Source of the DNA: Deltaproteobacteria bacterium
GTDB lineage: Bacteria; Desulfobacterota; JADFVX01
DNA length: 64,000 nt
Reading direction: 5' to 3'
Assembly (NCBI GenBank): GCA_029860075.1
Contig: JAOUBX010000011.1
Span: 11,031-75,030, forward strand
The notes beneath the pieces were generated by a model that saw nothing but the letters and a program-made list of their open reading frames with translations, was not told where the DNA came from and ran no database searches. This document shows, one piece after another, positions 55,249 through 64,000 of the stretch. The position numbers and the translations under genes were made by a program. Every line of letters starts with the position of its first letter. Within the stretch, counting starts at the first letter, position 1.

Positions 55249-57594
55249 CTATTCTATGTGGTTCACTGGAAATAACAGGTCAAATGTTGTGCCTTGACCA
55301 AGAATACTTTTAACTCTGATATCGCCTCCATGCTCTTCGAGAATTCGATGAACGATGGAAAGGCCAAGGCCCGTTCCATCAGATTTTGTAGTAAAAAAAG
55401 GATCAAAGACCTTACTCATATCTTCAGATGAAATCCCTTTCCCCGAATCTGCAACGGAAACCTTGAGCAGATCACCCTCTCTCTCTTCATTATTAATGAC
55501 GATGCTTCCGCCGGAGGGCATGGCGTGAATGGCATTGACAAAGAGATTGACAAAAACCTGTTTGAGCAGGTCCTCGCTTATCAATACCTCTGCCGGTTCA
55601 CTTTGCCGCTCATCTATAATGGCAATATCATTCTTCTCAGCCTCTTTTTCAATCATAAACAACACTTCATCCAGTACATAATCGATGTCACAGCTTCCAA
55701 TCTTCATGCTCACCCCGGGGTGGGCAAAGGTAGAAAATGTCTTGATAAAAAGGTTTAACCTGTCTATCTCTCTTAATATCCTGTCAATATACTCTTCCTG
55801 CTCCCCGCGAAAGGGGGCCACCTCTTCCATTGACTGGATCACTGTTTTGATTGCGGCAAGGGGGTTTCCGATTTCATGAGCAATCCCGGCAGAAAGTTCA
55901 CCAATAGTTACAAGCTTATCGGCATGAAGGAGCTGTCTTTCCATCATTATCGTTTCATCGATAAGGCGTTGACGTTCACTGACATCACGAACAACCATCA
56001 TCGATCCATAGCGTTTGCCTTCAAATGCAACAACAGCTGCACTGATCTCCAACTGCTGGGAACCGACAGTCATGGAAACCGTACTTGAGGGAACCGGTGA
56101 TTGCCCCGACAAAAGCGCCCTGATTTTGTCGGGGTTCTTGTGGCATCCCATGATAGATTGGCCTATCTTGCCGTCCTTTTTTACACCGAGGATTGCTTCG
56201 GCAGCAGGATTCATAATGAGAATATTATCTTCTTCATCAGCCACAATAATTCCTTCACTGGCACACATAAGAACACTTTCAAACTTGTTTTTCTCAAGTT
56301 CCAGTTCCTTCGTTCTCTCAGCTACTTCATCTTTAAGCGACTCATTCCAGTTAAGAAGCTTGTTTCTCGATTCCTTAAGAGTAGAGGTCATGTTGTTGAA
56401 CTGCTCCGCCAGCATCTCTATTTCATCACCTGTCTTGATATTGATTTTATGATCAAAATCACCCTCTGAGATGCTTTCAACGCCCCGGTGAAGCATAACA
56501 ATCGGTTTGGCAAAGCGCCTTGCCAGCCAGATACCCACAATAGAAACGGTAAGAATGGTAACAGCGCCTATCATCATATTCGTCTTTATAAGAGACGACA
56601 CGGAGGCAAAAATATTCTTCCTGGGATAAGCCATAGCCAGAACCCAGTAATCTTTCGAAGTCTTGTCACCGGTAAAAATGGGATGATAGGAAATAATCTC
56701 CTGCTCCGTTCTGACTGTACCGGGACTTCCCGACAAGAGATGGGCAACCACATTCTCTGAAAAGTCCCCGCTCAAATCATTGATTGATCCAATTTTAAAA
56801 GATCTGCTGTCAAGTTTAAGACTATTAATATGGGAAAGATAAAAGTGGTCTTTATTAACGAGAAAGGTCGTCCCCCCCTTGGTAATATCTGTCTTTTGAA
56901 TCTGGTTAATCAAATAGCTGGCAAAAAGATTGATAACGACAATCCCTTTTCTTTCCCGCTTGCTGTTAAAAACAGGCGTTGCCACCCTGACAACCGGTTT
57001 TTCAGGGAGTTCTATGACTCCGCGCTCAATGTTAAGATCCATGGGAGAAACGTAGCACTCCTCCGCCCAATAACTCATTGTTTTCTTAAAATAATAGCGG
57101 TCTCCCTTGAACTGGAGTTTTTCACGCGTGACAGCTTCCGCTTCATCACCCTGGTTATTGACCCTGACCAGTTCAAAGCCATTTTCGTCAATATAGCGAA
57201 TCTGATCATAATAAGGCCTTGTCTGGGCGATAATAAGAAAAGCCTTTTCCAGACGGTTTCTGAGTCTATGAAAGACTGATTTATATTCACCTTCCCCTAA
57301 ATCAACCATATCCCGCATAGCTACAGTTTTACTCAAGTACTGCACATCACGGTGTATCGTTTTCAGGAATTGCTCCGAATCATGCGCTTTAGAGGAAAGC
57401 TCAAATTCAAGGTGGCGAAGCGTTGCGTCTTCAAGAATATAAGTCGAATACTTTTCTCCGGAGATACCGGCCAGATAGGAAGGAACAATCGCAAAAAGCA
57501 GGAGGATGATAATCAGTTTCCTCCTGATGCCGAAAGGCTTTATTAACAGTTTTTTTAAATTCATTGCATTGCTAAATTCTTGATCTTTCAACAT
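55249..57594 (-). CDS. Sensor histidine kinase with periplasmic dCache-like domain, HAMP and PAS
   Basis: 781 aa with two TM helices bracketing a ~280-aa periplasmic region, HAMP, PAS, HisKA (HEIGNPL) and HATPase_c. Confidence 0.85.
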   Translation of the reverse strand: MLKDQEFSNAMNLKKLLIKPFGIRRKLIIILLLFAIVPSYLAGISGEKYSTYILEDATLRHLEFELSSKAHDSEQFLKTIHRDVQYLSKTVAMRDMVDLGEGEYKSVFHRLRNRLEKAFLIIAQTRPYYDQIRYIDENGFELVRVNNQGDEAEAVTREKLQFKGDRYYFKKTMSYWAEECYVSPMDLNIERGVIELPEKPVVRVATPVFNSKRERKGIVVINLFASYLINQIQKTDITKGGTTFLVNKDHFYLSHINSLKLDSRSFKIGSINDLSGDFSENVVAHLLSGSPGTVRTEQEIISYHPIFTGDKTSKDYWVLAMAYPRKNIFASVSSLIKTNMMIGAVTILTVSIVGIWLARRFAKPIVMLHRGVESISEGDFDHKINIKTGDEIEMLAEQFNNMTSTLKESRNKLLNWNESLKDEVAERTKELELEKNKFESVLMCASEGIIVADEEDNILIMNPAAEAILGVKKDGKIGQSIMGCHKNPDKIRALLSGQSPVPSSTVSMTVGSQQLEISAAVVAFEGKRYGSMMVVRDVSERQRLIDETIMMERQLLHADKLVTIGELSAGIAHEIGNPLAAIKTVIQSMEEVAPFRGEQEEYIDRILREIDRLNLFIKTFSTFAHPGVSMKIGSCDIDYVLDEVLFMIEKEAEKNDIAIIDERQSEPAEVLISEDLLKQVFVNLFVNAIHAMPSGGSIVINNEEREGDLLKVSVADSGKGISSEDMSKVFDPFFTTKSDGTGLGLSIVHRILEEHGGDIRVKSILGQGTTFDLLFPVNHIE

Positions 57595-57672
57595 GCGCCA
57601 GCGCTATTTATTAATAAGAATTTCAGGTTCTTTAAGAATGGCTTGACAGGCAAAACCGGACCACGGAGAGAG

Positions 57673-59472
57673 TTAACGGTCCATATGACCGGACATTTGG
57701 GCCTGCATCTTTTCTCTTGCCTCTACCAGACCCGCTTCCACCACCTCTTGATCAACATTTTTTATGCCCTTTAAACCGGCATACCCTTCAACACTCTTTC
57801 TCGCTGCATCACGCATAAAGCCCTCAGGTACACGCGCCAACCGCTTAAGGGCGCACTCTGTCCACTGAAGATTATCACCTGGCTCGACGCTGTCCTCACC
57901 TCTCGCTTCAAGTACCATCTCTTTAGAAATGACACTTAAATGCCTCACATGGGCCTGTTTTTCCAGCTTTAAACGTATCTGTTTTTTTTCCGCCTCATTA
58001 CCGATCTCCTGGAGGAGACAATGTGCTTCTGCGGTCCAGTTCAATTTACGGCCATCAAAGGTCTCACCGGCAATGGATCCTTCATCTCCCGTCCCGTCAT
58101 CGCGGGAAGCCTCTATTATTTTAAAGGTTTCCCCCCCTTTGGCGCAGACAGGACATACCTTGGGGCGCACCTCATGATGGACGTATTTACAGGCGGGACA
58201 CTCAAAAGAAAGAGAAAACGTTTTATATTCTTCCATTGTTTCCTCCTGCGGGCCGTCATCAAAGTTTATTCCCATGACCCTTATTGCTTCCGGTGGCAAA
58301 AGCTTTCTAACAGCATTATCGACAACGCCGGCAGTAATCATCGTATACCCTTCCGCAACGGCGTGCTGCTGAATAGCCTTCATAGCCACGCCTTTGGCCA
58401 TTGCCGGCACGGTCTCCATTTTAGCCTTCGCTTCTTTTGTCCACATGATAGTCTCATCGGCCTGATATTCCAGGGGCGGTTCAAACTTTGTTTCCGTCAG
58501 CAGAATGTTGCAGGGAGCCATACGCAGAATATTTTCCGCATTACTTCCAAGATCAATATCATCATCATTGTGAATCCCCGTCCGACCGAGGATGAGCAGC
58601 CAGGGCCGGTCTTTATTCACATACTCCAAAACCTTTTGCCAGGCCTTGCCGTCAAGCAAGGTTGTTTCTATTTTATGGCCATTATCATCTGCAATTCGTC
58701 CGGCAATATCGAGATTCCCCTGGTAAACCTTTGCCAGTCCCGAATCAATAATATCTTCATGCAGCTTTTCCTGCTCCTCAAACTTAAAAACTTCTTTCGC
58801 CTTTTCCGTTAATACCTCTTTTAGAGAATCAAACATGACGTAATGGTAATAGGGATCAAAGGCAGAAACCGCTTTTACCTTCTTGTTAAATTTATTAGCC
58901 AGATCAAGGGCGACTTTTAAAGCACCATAGGAGCGCTCACTCCCATCGAGACAAACGACAATGGTATCACTTTGATACTCGCTATTTTCTTTAACGATGA
59001 GCACATCCCGTTTGACTCTTCTTGTTACCCGGTCTGCCACAGAACCTAAGATTGCTCCCGGCACTCTGCCAAGACCATGAGCGCCCATAACGACCAGATC
59101 GTAGTTATTTTCCTCGATATCACGAACAAGTTCCTGCCAGTTTTTTCCCTCCAGCGAGACACCCTCAAATTGGAGACCAATCTTTGCACAACTTTTCGCC
59201 ATGACGCCTAAATAGGAATCCGTAATAAGCTCCAGGCCCTTGGTAATAAGCGAATCATGAATCTTTCGCTGCCTTTCCAGCCGGCTTTCTTCATGAAACT
59301 GCGCAGGAAGTCCGCTTTCCATCGTCTTAAAACGTTTATCATGCAGTTTGGCTGCATAAACGTGACTTCCCGTTAAACGTGATTTATTCATCCCTCCAAC
59401 TTTAAGGGCCAGGTCGACAGCGGCATTTGACAGATCGGAGTTATCAACAGGAACATAGATATTTTTATACAT
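57673..59472 (-). CDS. Tandem universal-stress-protein (UspA) domain protein with two PCP_red-like domains and a zinc ribbon
   Basis: 599 aa. Two Usp ATP-binding motifs (VVMGAHGLGRVPGAILGSVADRV and LILGRTGIHNDD). CPACKYV...CPVC ribbon. Two WT-E-A-LP repeats resembling the BchB C-terminal domain, which is also found at the end of the radical SAM protein at 14163. Confidence 0.6.
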   Translation of the reverse strand: MYKNIYVPVDNSDLSNAAVDLALKVGGMNKSRLTGSHVYAAKLHDKRFKTMESGLPAQFHEESRLERQRKIHDSLITKGLELITDSYLGVMAKSCAKIGLQFEGVSLEGKNWQELVRDIEENNYDLVVMGAHGLGRVPGAILGSVADRVTRRVKRDVLIVKENSEYQSDTIVVCLDGSERSYGALKVALDLANKFNKKVKAVSAFDPYYHYVMFDSLKEVLTEKAKEVFKFEEQEKLHEDIIDSGLAKVYQGNLDIAGRIADDNGHKIETTLLDGKAWQKVLEYVNKDRPWLLILGRTGIHNDDDIDLGSNAENILRMAPCNILLTETKFEPPLEYQADETIMWTKEAKAKMETVPAMAKGVAMKAIQQHAVAEGYTMITAGVVDNAVRKLLPPEAIRVMGINFDDGPQEETMEEYKTFSLSFECPACKYVHHEVRPKVCPVCAKGGETFKIIEASRDDGTGDEGSIAGETFDGRKLNWTAEAHCLLQEIGNEAEKKQIRLKLEKQAHVRHLSVISKEMVLEARGEDSVEPGDNLQWTECALKRLARVPEGFMRDAARKSVEGYAGLKGIKNVDQEVVEAGLVEAREKMQAQMSGHMDR

Positions 59473-60071
59473 AAGGCGTCCTTTATAAAGTTATATTCAG
59501 GGTAAAAGCCCATTAACGGGGAAAGATCTATCAAAAAACATACCGTTATATAAAATCATGAAAAGAATTTATAATTGCAGGAAGGCATTAACAGATAAAC
59601 AGCAATAAAAACTTTGAAAATTAATTTTTTATCTCATAGCAAAGAAGAGCCTTTCCTTACGGTAACTGCTATAAGAACAGAATTATCGGTAAATATCTTA
59701 CCACACCCCCCTGCCCTACTGGTAGTTTTTTTACCACACAGATCCTCCGTGTATGCCGTCAAAAAAATAATGAGAATTTAACTTTATGAAATCACGCTCA
59801 GAATAGCCCCTGCTGTGCACAGGGATGAAGGGCATCCCCCATGGCTCTCCCCCTTCACCAGGATGGCGGAGATCCTGTTAGAAAATTAGAGGCCCTCCCC
59901 TTTAAGGAGCAGGACATGGCGCTTTATGAATTTATTCCCCCTTTCATCAAATAAGGCCAAACAGTGAAAGAGGAATTATTTCCTTTTCTTATTTTTCATT
60001 TGATATTCCCTCTCCTATACTTTAGTATTAAGAATAACCTACCCTAAGGTCCTTAAAAAGGAGTCTTCTTT

Positions 60072-60479
60072 ATGAAAAAGAGTCTGAACTTTAAGTTTTT
60101 AGCCCTTACATTCCTCTTTTTCACACTTTTATCATACGGTTGCCTTAACAATAAAGCCTATGAAAACAAGGCGCATGTCGTATTCAAGTGGCAGCTTCAC
60201 ACGGAGAATACAACTTCCACCGGTTGGATAAAAGCGCATGGTTGGGTAATCAACAAAGGAAGCAAAAGAGCCGATTGGGTAACGGTTACCATCTATTCCA
60301 TCGACCCGGAAACGAACATTGTCGTTGATAAAAAAATGATTGATGTTCAAGGCACGGGGCCAAACAAACGGAGTGTGGAGCCCGGAGCAGCAGCTCGTTT
60401 TGACGCCAGGCTCAATTCCAAAAGGAAGCATCATTACAAATACAGGCGGGAAGTTACCTGGGTTGAAGCAGCACAATAA
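60072..60479 (+). CDS. Lipoprotein, hypothetical
   Basis: 135 aa, lipobox LLSYGC. No recognised family. Confidence 0.5.
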   Translation: MKKSLNFKFLALTFLFFTLLSYGCLNNKAYENKAHVVFKWQLHTENTTSTGWIKAHGWVINKGSKRADWVTVTIYSIDPETNIVVDKKMIDVQGTGPNKRSVEPGAAARFDARLNSKRKHHYKYRREVTWVEAAQ

Positions 60480-60613
60480 ACAAGCCTGCCGGTTAGCGAC
60501 TATTAATACCATTATTTCATACCTGCTCTCACCTTCCGGAATTTCCAGGCTATTTAGTGTCCATCCAGAAACGATAATCAATCAAACTATGTTTTCAATC
60601 AGGAATTAGCGCC

Positions 60614-62686
60614 ATGAAAGAATTTAAGGAAGCCGAACTGCTTGCGCCTGCCGGAAGTATTGAAGCTTTTTTTGCCGCCATTGATTCCGGCGCCGATGCC
60701 CTCTACGCAGGTTTAAAATCATTTAGCGCCAGGGGCAGAGCGCGAAACTTTTCTATTGCCGACCTGGAAAAAGTCATTCCCTACGCTCATTCCAGGGATA
60801 AAAAAGTCTATATTGCCCTCAACACCATTCTAAAGGAAGGGGAACTTGAAAAGGTAATCTATGATCTCTCTGCCCTCTCCTGCCTTGGAGCGGACGCTGT
60901 AATTATCCAGGATCTCGGCCTTTATCGTATATTAAGAACTTATTTCCCTGACCTTACTATCCATGCCAGTACGCAAATGACGGTCCACAACAGTGCCGGT
61001 ATTAACCAACTGGCTTCCATGGGATTTAAAAGAATTGTTGTTGCACGTGAAATGACGCTAAAGGAGATCAAAGCCGCCAAAAAGAAATCGGACGTTGAAA
61101 TAGAGGCCTTTGTTCATGGATCAATGTGCTTCAGCTATGCCGGTTCCTGTTTTTTCAGCAGTTATCTCGGAGGAAAGAGTTCCAACCGCGGCGTCTGTGT
61201 TCAGCCCTGCCGAAGAGAATATCGTGACGGCCGGGAGGAAATGAATCCCTTCTCCATGGGAGATCTCTCTACCATTGAACTCATTCCTCAAATCATAAAA
61301 GCCGGAATAGATTCCTTCAAGATCGAGGGAAGAATGAAATCGGTAGAATACGTGGAAAATGTGGTCAAGGCTTACAGAATGGTCATGGATGCCGAGAATA
61401 ACAATCAAAAGGATGCAATTGATCAGGCAAAGGAACTCCTTAAAGATGTCATGTCACGCCAGCGCACGTCAGGCTTCTTTCTCGATGAAAGACCGCTATC
61501 GATTACCGTTCCGGGACGAAGCGGTAATATGGGAAAATTTGCAGGAAAGGTAATAAAGTGCGTCGGCACAAGAGCGCTCTTTAAGTCAACCATAGACCTT
61601 CACACCAGGGACAGGTTAAGAGTACAAAATGTAAAAACAGGGGGAAGAACGGCTTTTTCACTCAGGCAGATATGGTTGAAAGGTAAAAAAGTAAACCAGT
61701 CAAAAAAGGGAGATACCATAGAGATTACTGTTCCCGGCAGTTTAAACAAAGGGGATGCCCTTTTCAAAACGACGTCCCATGAGCACCGCGGTAAAAACAT
61801 TGAAGCCAAAAGACGGCTTGATAAAATAAAAGGCATCAAAATTCAGGAGGAAAGCAAGCTACAGGCAGCCGGGCTTTTAGAGAAACTGCTGAGAGAAAGC
61901 ATAAGCCCGCCTAAAGATGTCCATCCGGCAGGAACGCTTGTTCGGGTAGGTGATCTGAGAGATGTACCGAGGGTTTCAAGCCAGTGCAATGGCCTTATCA
62001 TTCCTCTTGTGAGGGCCACCATTCATAACCTGAAAAAGCATCTAAAAAGGCTTAAAGCCATGAAGGAGCGTATTGTCTGGTCTCTTCCACTGGTCATCCA
62101 GGAAGGGGAAATCCCCTTTTATAAGGATGTTATTGACTTTCTTGGGAGGGAAGGGTTTGCCAACTGGCAGGTTTCCAACATCAGTCATTTTAACCTTTTA
62201 AAGGACGGTCACTTTAATATTAGCAGCAGCCACTATATTCATGCGCTAAACAGCGCTGCCATACAAAGCTTGTCCGACCTCGGCTGCTCCAGAATAACGC
62301 TTTCCATCGAGAGTGACGGCAATAACCTGGAGGCCCTTGTGAAAAAGGGAGCAACAGCCATGGGGGATCTCCTCGTCTATTCTCACCTGCCCCTTTACGT
62401 GTCACGGGTAAAATGGACAAAAAAGAAGAAAGGCCTCGGAGGACAGGAAGGCGGCGAATATATCCCGAAAGAGCGTGATGGCCTGACCTATGTTTTTGCC
62501 GAAAAGCCCTTTTCCTTCTTTGGCTATATGAAGCGATTCAAAAAGATGGGCTTTAAGAACTTCCAGATCGATCTCAGCGGCGAGAGCAGACAGCGTGACA
62601 ATTACCAGGAAATATTGAGCAGCTATAAAAGTGGAAAATGGCTTGAAGAATGCTCTTCCATGAATATGGAGACGGGCCTGGAATAA
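60614..62686 (+). CDS. Peptidase U32 family protein (long form)
   Basis: 690 aa. N-terminal ELLAPAGSIEAFFAAIDSGADALYAG and catalytic-core Cys cluster (CFSYAGSCFFSSYLGGKSSNRGVCVQPC) typical of U32/RlhA/UbiU proteins. Confidence 0.8.
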   Translation: MKEFKEAELLAPAGSIEAFFAAIDSGADALYAGLKSFSARGRARNFSIADLEKVIPYAHSRDKKVYIALNTILKEGELEKVIYDLSALSCLGADAVIIQDLGLYRILRTYFPDLTIHASTQMTVHNSAGINQLASMGFKRIVVAREMTLKEIKAAKKKSDVEIEAFVHGSMCFSYAGSCFFSSYLGGKSSNRGVCVQPCRREYRDGREEMNPFSMGDLSTIELIPQIIKAGIDSFKIEGRMKSVEYVENVVKAYRMVMDAENNNQKDAIDQAKELLKDVMSRQRTSGFFLDERPLSITVPGRSGNMGKFAGKVIKCVGTRALFKSTIDLHTRDRLRVQNVKTGGRTAFSLRQIWLKGKKVNQSKKGDTIEITVPGSLNKGDALFKTTSHEHRGKNIEAKRRLDKIKGIKIQEESKLQAAGLLEKLLRESISPPKDVHPAGTLVRVGDLRDVPRVSSQCNGLIIPLVRATIHNLKKHLKRLKAMKERIVWSLPLVIQEGEIPFYKDVIDFLGREGFANWQVSNISHFNLLKDGHFNISSSHYIHALNSAAIQSLSDLGCSRITLSIESDGNNLEALVKKGATAMGDLLVYSHLPLYVSRVKWTKKKKGLGGQEGGEYIPKERDGLTYVFAEKPFSFFGYMKRFKKMGFKNFQIDLSGESRQRDNYQEILSSYKSGKWLEECSSMNMETGLE

Positions 62687-63183
62687 TTATTTATAAAATA
62701 ATAAGCCTTTCTGCCGTTTATATCATTTTCCACGAAAACTGTGGAAAAAGCGCTTCTTTTTCTCATTTCCCCCCCTAAAAGTCCGTTCCAATGGGGTAAA
62801 AAGTAAAATGCCTCTTTTCAAGCATTTATTCCCGCCTTTTTTATGCCGACCTTTGAAGGGCTTGCCTTTAGACAAGTCTATCAAAGGGGCTATCTCTAAA
62901 ATTTCATGAGATAGAATTAATAGCGACTCACTTTATCCACAGCCGCTCTCTCAGCCTGTGGATAAGTACAAAAAATAAAGGTATTATCAGAACCTTATCT
63001 ATTCATCCTCTCATCTTAAGGGCAGCATTTTTTTCACTCTTTCAAAGAGGGCCGGGTTCTGTCTTGTTAAAGTAATGCAAAGATTGACAGTCCGTACCTT
63101 TTACATTATTGTAGTGTCACTTTTTTAATAACTCCCTTCCCGGGGATACATTGATATTTTCAACAAAAGGAGAAATAGCCCTA

Positions 63184-64000
63184 ATGAAAAAAGAGGCCAT
63201 TCAAAAAGGCGATAGATTATCAGGATTTATTGTGGATCGTATTGTAGAGCTCACTGATCTGTCTATGACTCTTTTCATGCTTTCTCATGAAAAAACAGGC
63301 GCCCAATATATACATATTAAAAATGACGATGAAAACAATCTTTTTTCCATTGCTTTCAGAACGACGCCCATGGATTCTACGGGGGTGGCTCATATTCTTG
63401 AACACACCGTGCTTTGCGGATCAAAAAAATTTCCTGTAAGAGATCCTTTCTTTTCCATGCTCAAACGGAGCCTCAATACCTTCATGAATGCACTGACGGC
63501 AAACGACTGGACTATGTATCCTTTTTCAACACAAAATGAGAAAGACTTTTACAATCTTATGGATGTCTACCTCGATGCCACCTTTTTTCCCAATATAAGG
63601 GAGCTTAGTTTCAAACAGGAAGGATGGCGTGTCGAATTTGAAGAAACTGAGAATCGGGAATCAAAACTCACCTACAAAGGGGTCGTCTACAACGAAATGA
63701 AGGGTGCCATGTCTGATCCTGCTTCACTCATGCACAGGCGGCTTCAAAGGGCACTCTACCCTTCAAGTACTTATCACCATAACTCGGGCGGCGAACCGGC
63801 AAACATACCTGACCTTAGCTGGGAACAGTTAAAAGAATTCCATGGAACCTACTATCACCCATCAAATGCAAAGTTCTTTACCTATGGCAACCTGCCTTTG
63901 GAAAAACACCTGAAGGTAATAGAAGAACGTGTCCTGTCAGGCTTTGAAAAGCTCCATGTCGATAGTGAGGTTAAAAGAGAGAGAAGATATGAATCACCGC
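63184..64000 (+). CDS. M16 family zinc metallopeptidase (inverzincin HxxEH), 3'-truncated by window edge
   Basis: Starts MKKEAIQKGDRLSGF. HILEH zinc-binding motif and downstream NAxT...YxF region. Runs past the window end, so it is absent from the track. Confidence 0.75.
   Translation, partial: MKKEAIQKGDRLSGFIVDRIVELTDLSMTLFMLSHEKTGAQYIHIKNDDENNLFSIAFRTTPMDSTGVAHILEHTVLCGSKKFPVRDPFFSMLKRSLNTFMNALTANDWTMYPFSTQNEKDFYNLMDVYLDATFFPNIRELSFKQEGWRVEFEETENRESKLTYKGVVYNEMKGAMSDPASLMHRRLQRALYPSSTYHHNSGGEPANIPDLSWEQLKEFHGTYYHPSNAKFFTYGNLPLEKHLKVIEERVLSGFEKLHVDSEVKRERRYESP

Noticed and set aside
62726-62965. Chromosomal origin oriC
   Set aside because: There are only four DnaA-like boxes, no obvious AT-rich DUE, and no dnaA/dnaN nearby in the window. 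A regulatory site is more plausible.

Overview
The window has two parts. Coordinates 1 to about 13.5 kb are conserved housekeeping genes: a minus-strand translation operon (pheS 3' fragment, rplT, rpmI, infC, thrS), tRNA-Val, a DEAD-box helicase, typA/bipA, a plus-strand ilvC-psd-pssA-leuA block, a BI-1/YccA membrane protein and tRNA-Arg. From about 14 kb to 60 kb there is a dense, mostly minus-strand respiratory/redox island, which I take to be the previously undescribed system. Its first component is two paralogous, collinear operons (20305..22161 with 16947..20280, and 40504..42615 with 36673..40371). Each encodes a CydB-less cytochrome bd-superfamily (CydA-like) membrane protein followed by the same three c-type cytochrome genes: a dihaem, a membrane-anchored monohaem, and a dihaem with a large C-terminal domain. 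Copy 1 is preceded by two tiny single-TM peptides and a sigma-54 promoter. It is divergent from a SCO1 / PCu(A)C / CcoQ-like / CcoP-like copper-delivery and cytochrome set. Copy 2 ends with an Fe-S Rrf2 (NsrR/IscR-like) regulator. The second component is an AioB/AioA-type molybdoenzyme operon (Rieske plus arsenite-oxidase-like large subunit). It follows an outer-membrane porin, a beta-sandwich protein and two dihaem cytochrome c peroxidase/MauG-like genes, and is preceded by a second sigma-54 promoter. Just upstream is a dCache sensor kinase and NtrC-family sigma-54 activator pair. Both sigma-54 promoters carry the same GGTAA-N5-TTACCAGT dyad about 100 bp upstream. This suggests one regulon linking the Aio-like enzyme to the bd-like oxidase. 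The island also contains a periplasmic rhodanese with an in-frame TGA at the active site (candidate selenoprotein with a downstream hairpin), two ECF sigma / zinc anti-sigma pairs, CcdA/TlpA thiol-redox genes, an AhbD/NirJ-family radical SAM protein next to a HemY-like oxidase, and several dispersed repeat families including a 140-bp duplicated element. The pathway content (many cytochromes c, AhbD-like radical SAM, selenocysteine, sigma-54) suggests an anaerobic or microaerophilic Desulfobacterota/Nitrospirota-like bacterium, but I cannot confirm taxonomy without searches.
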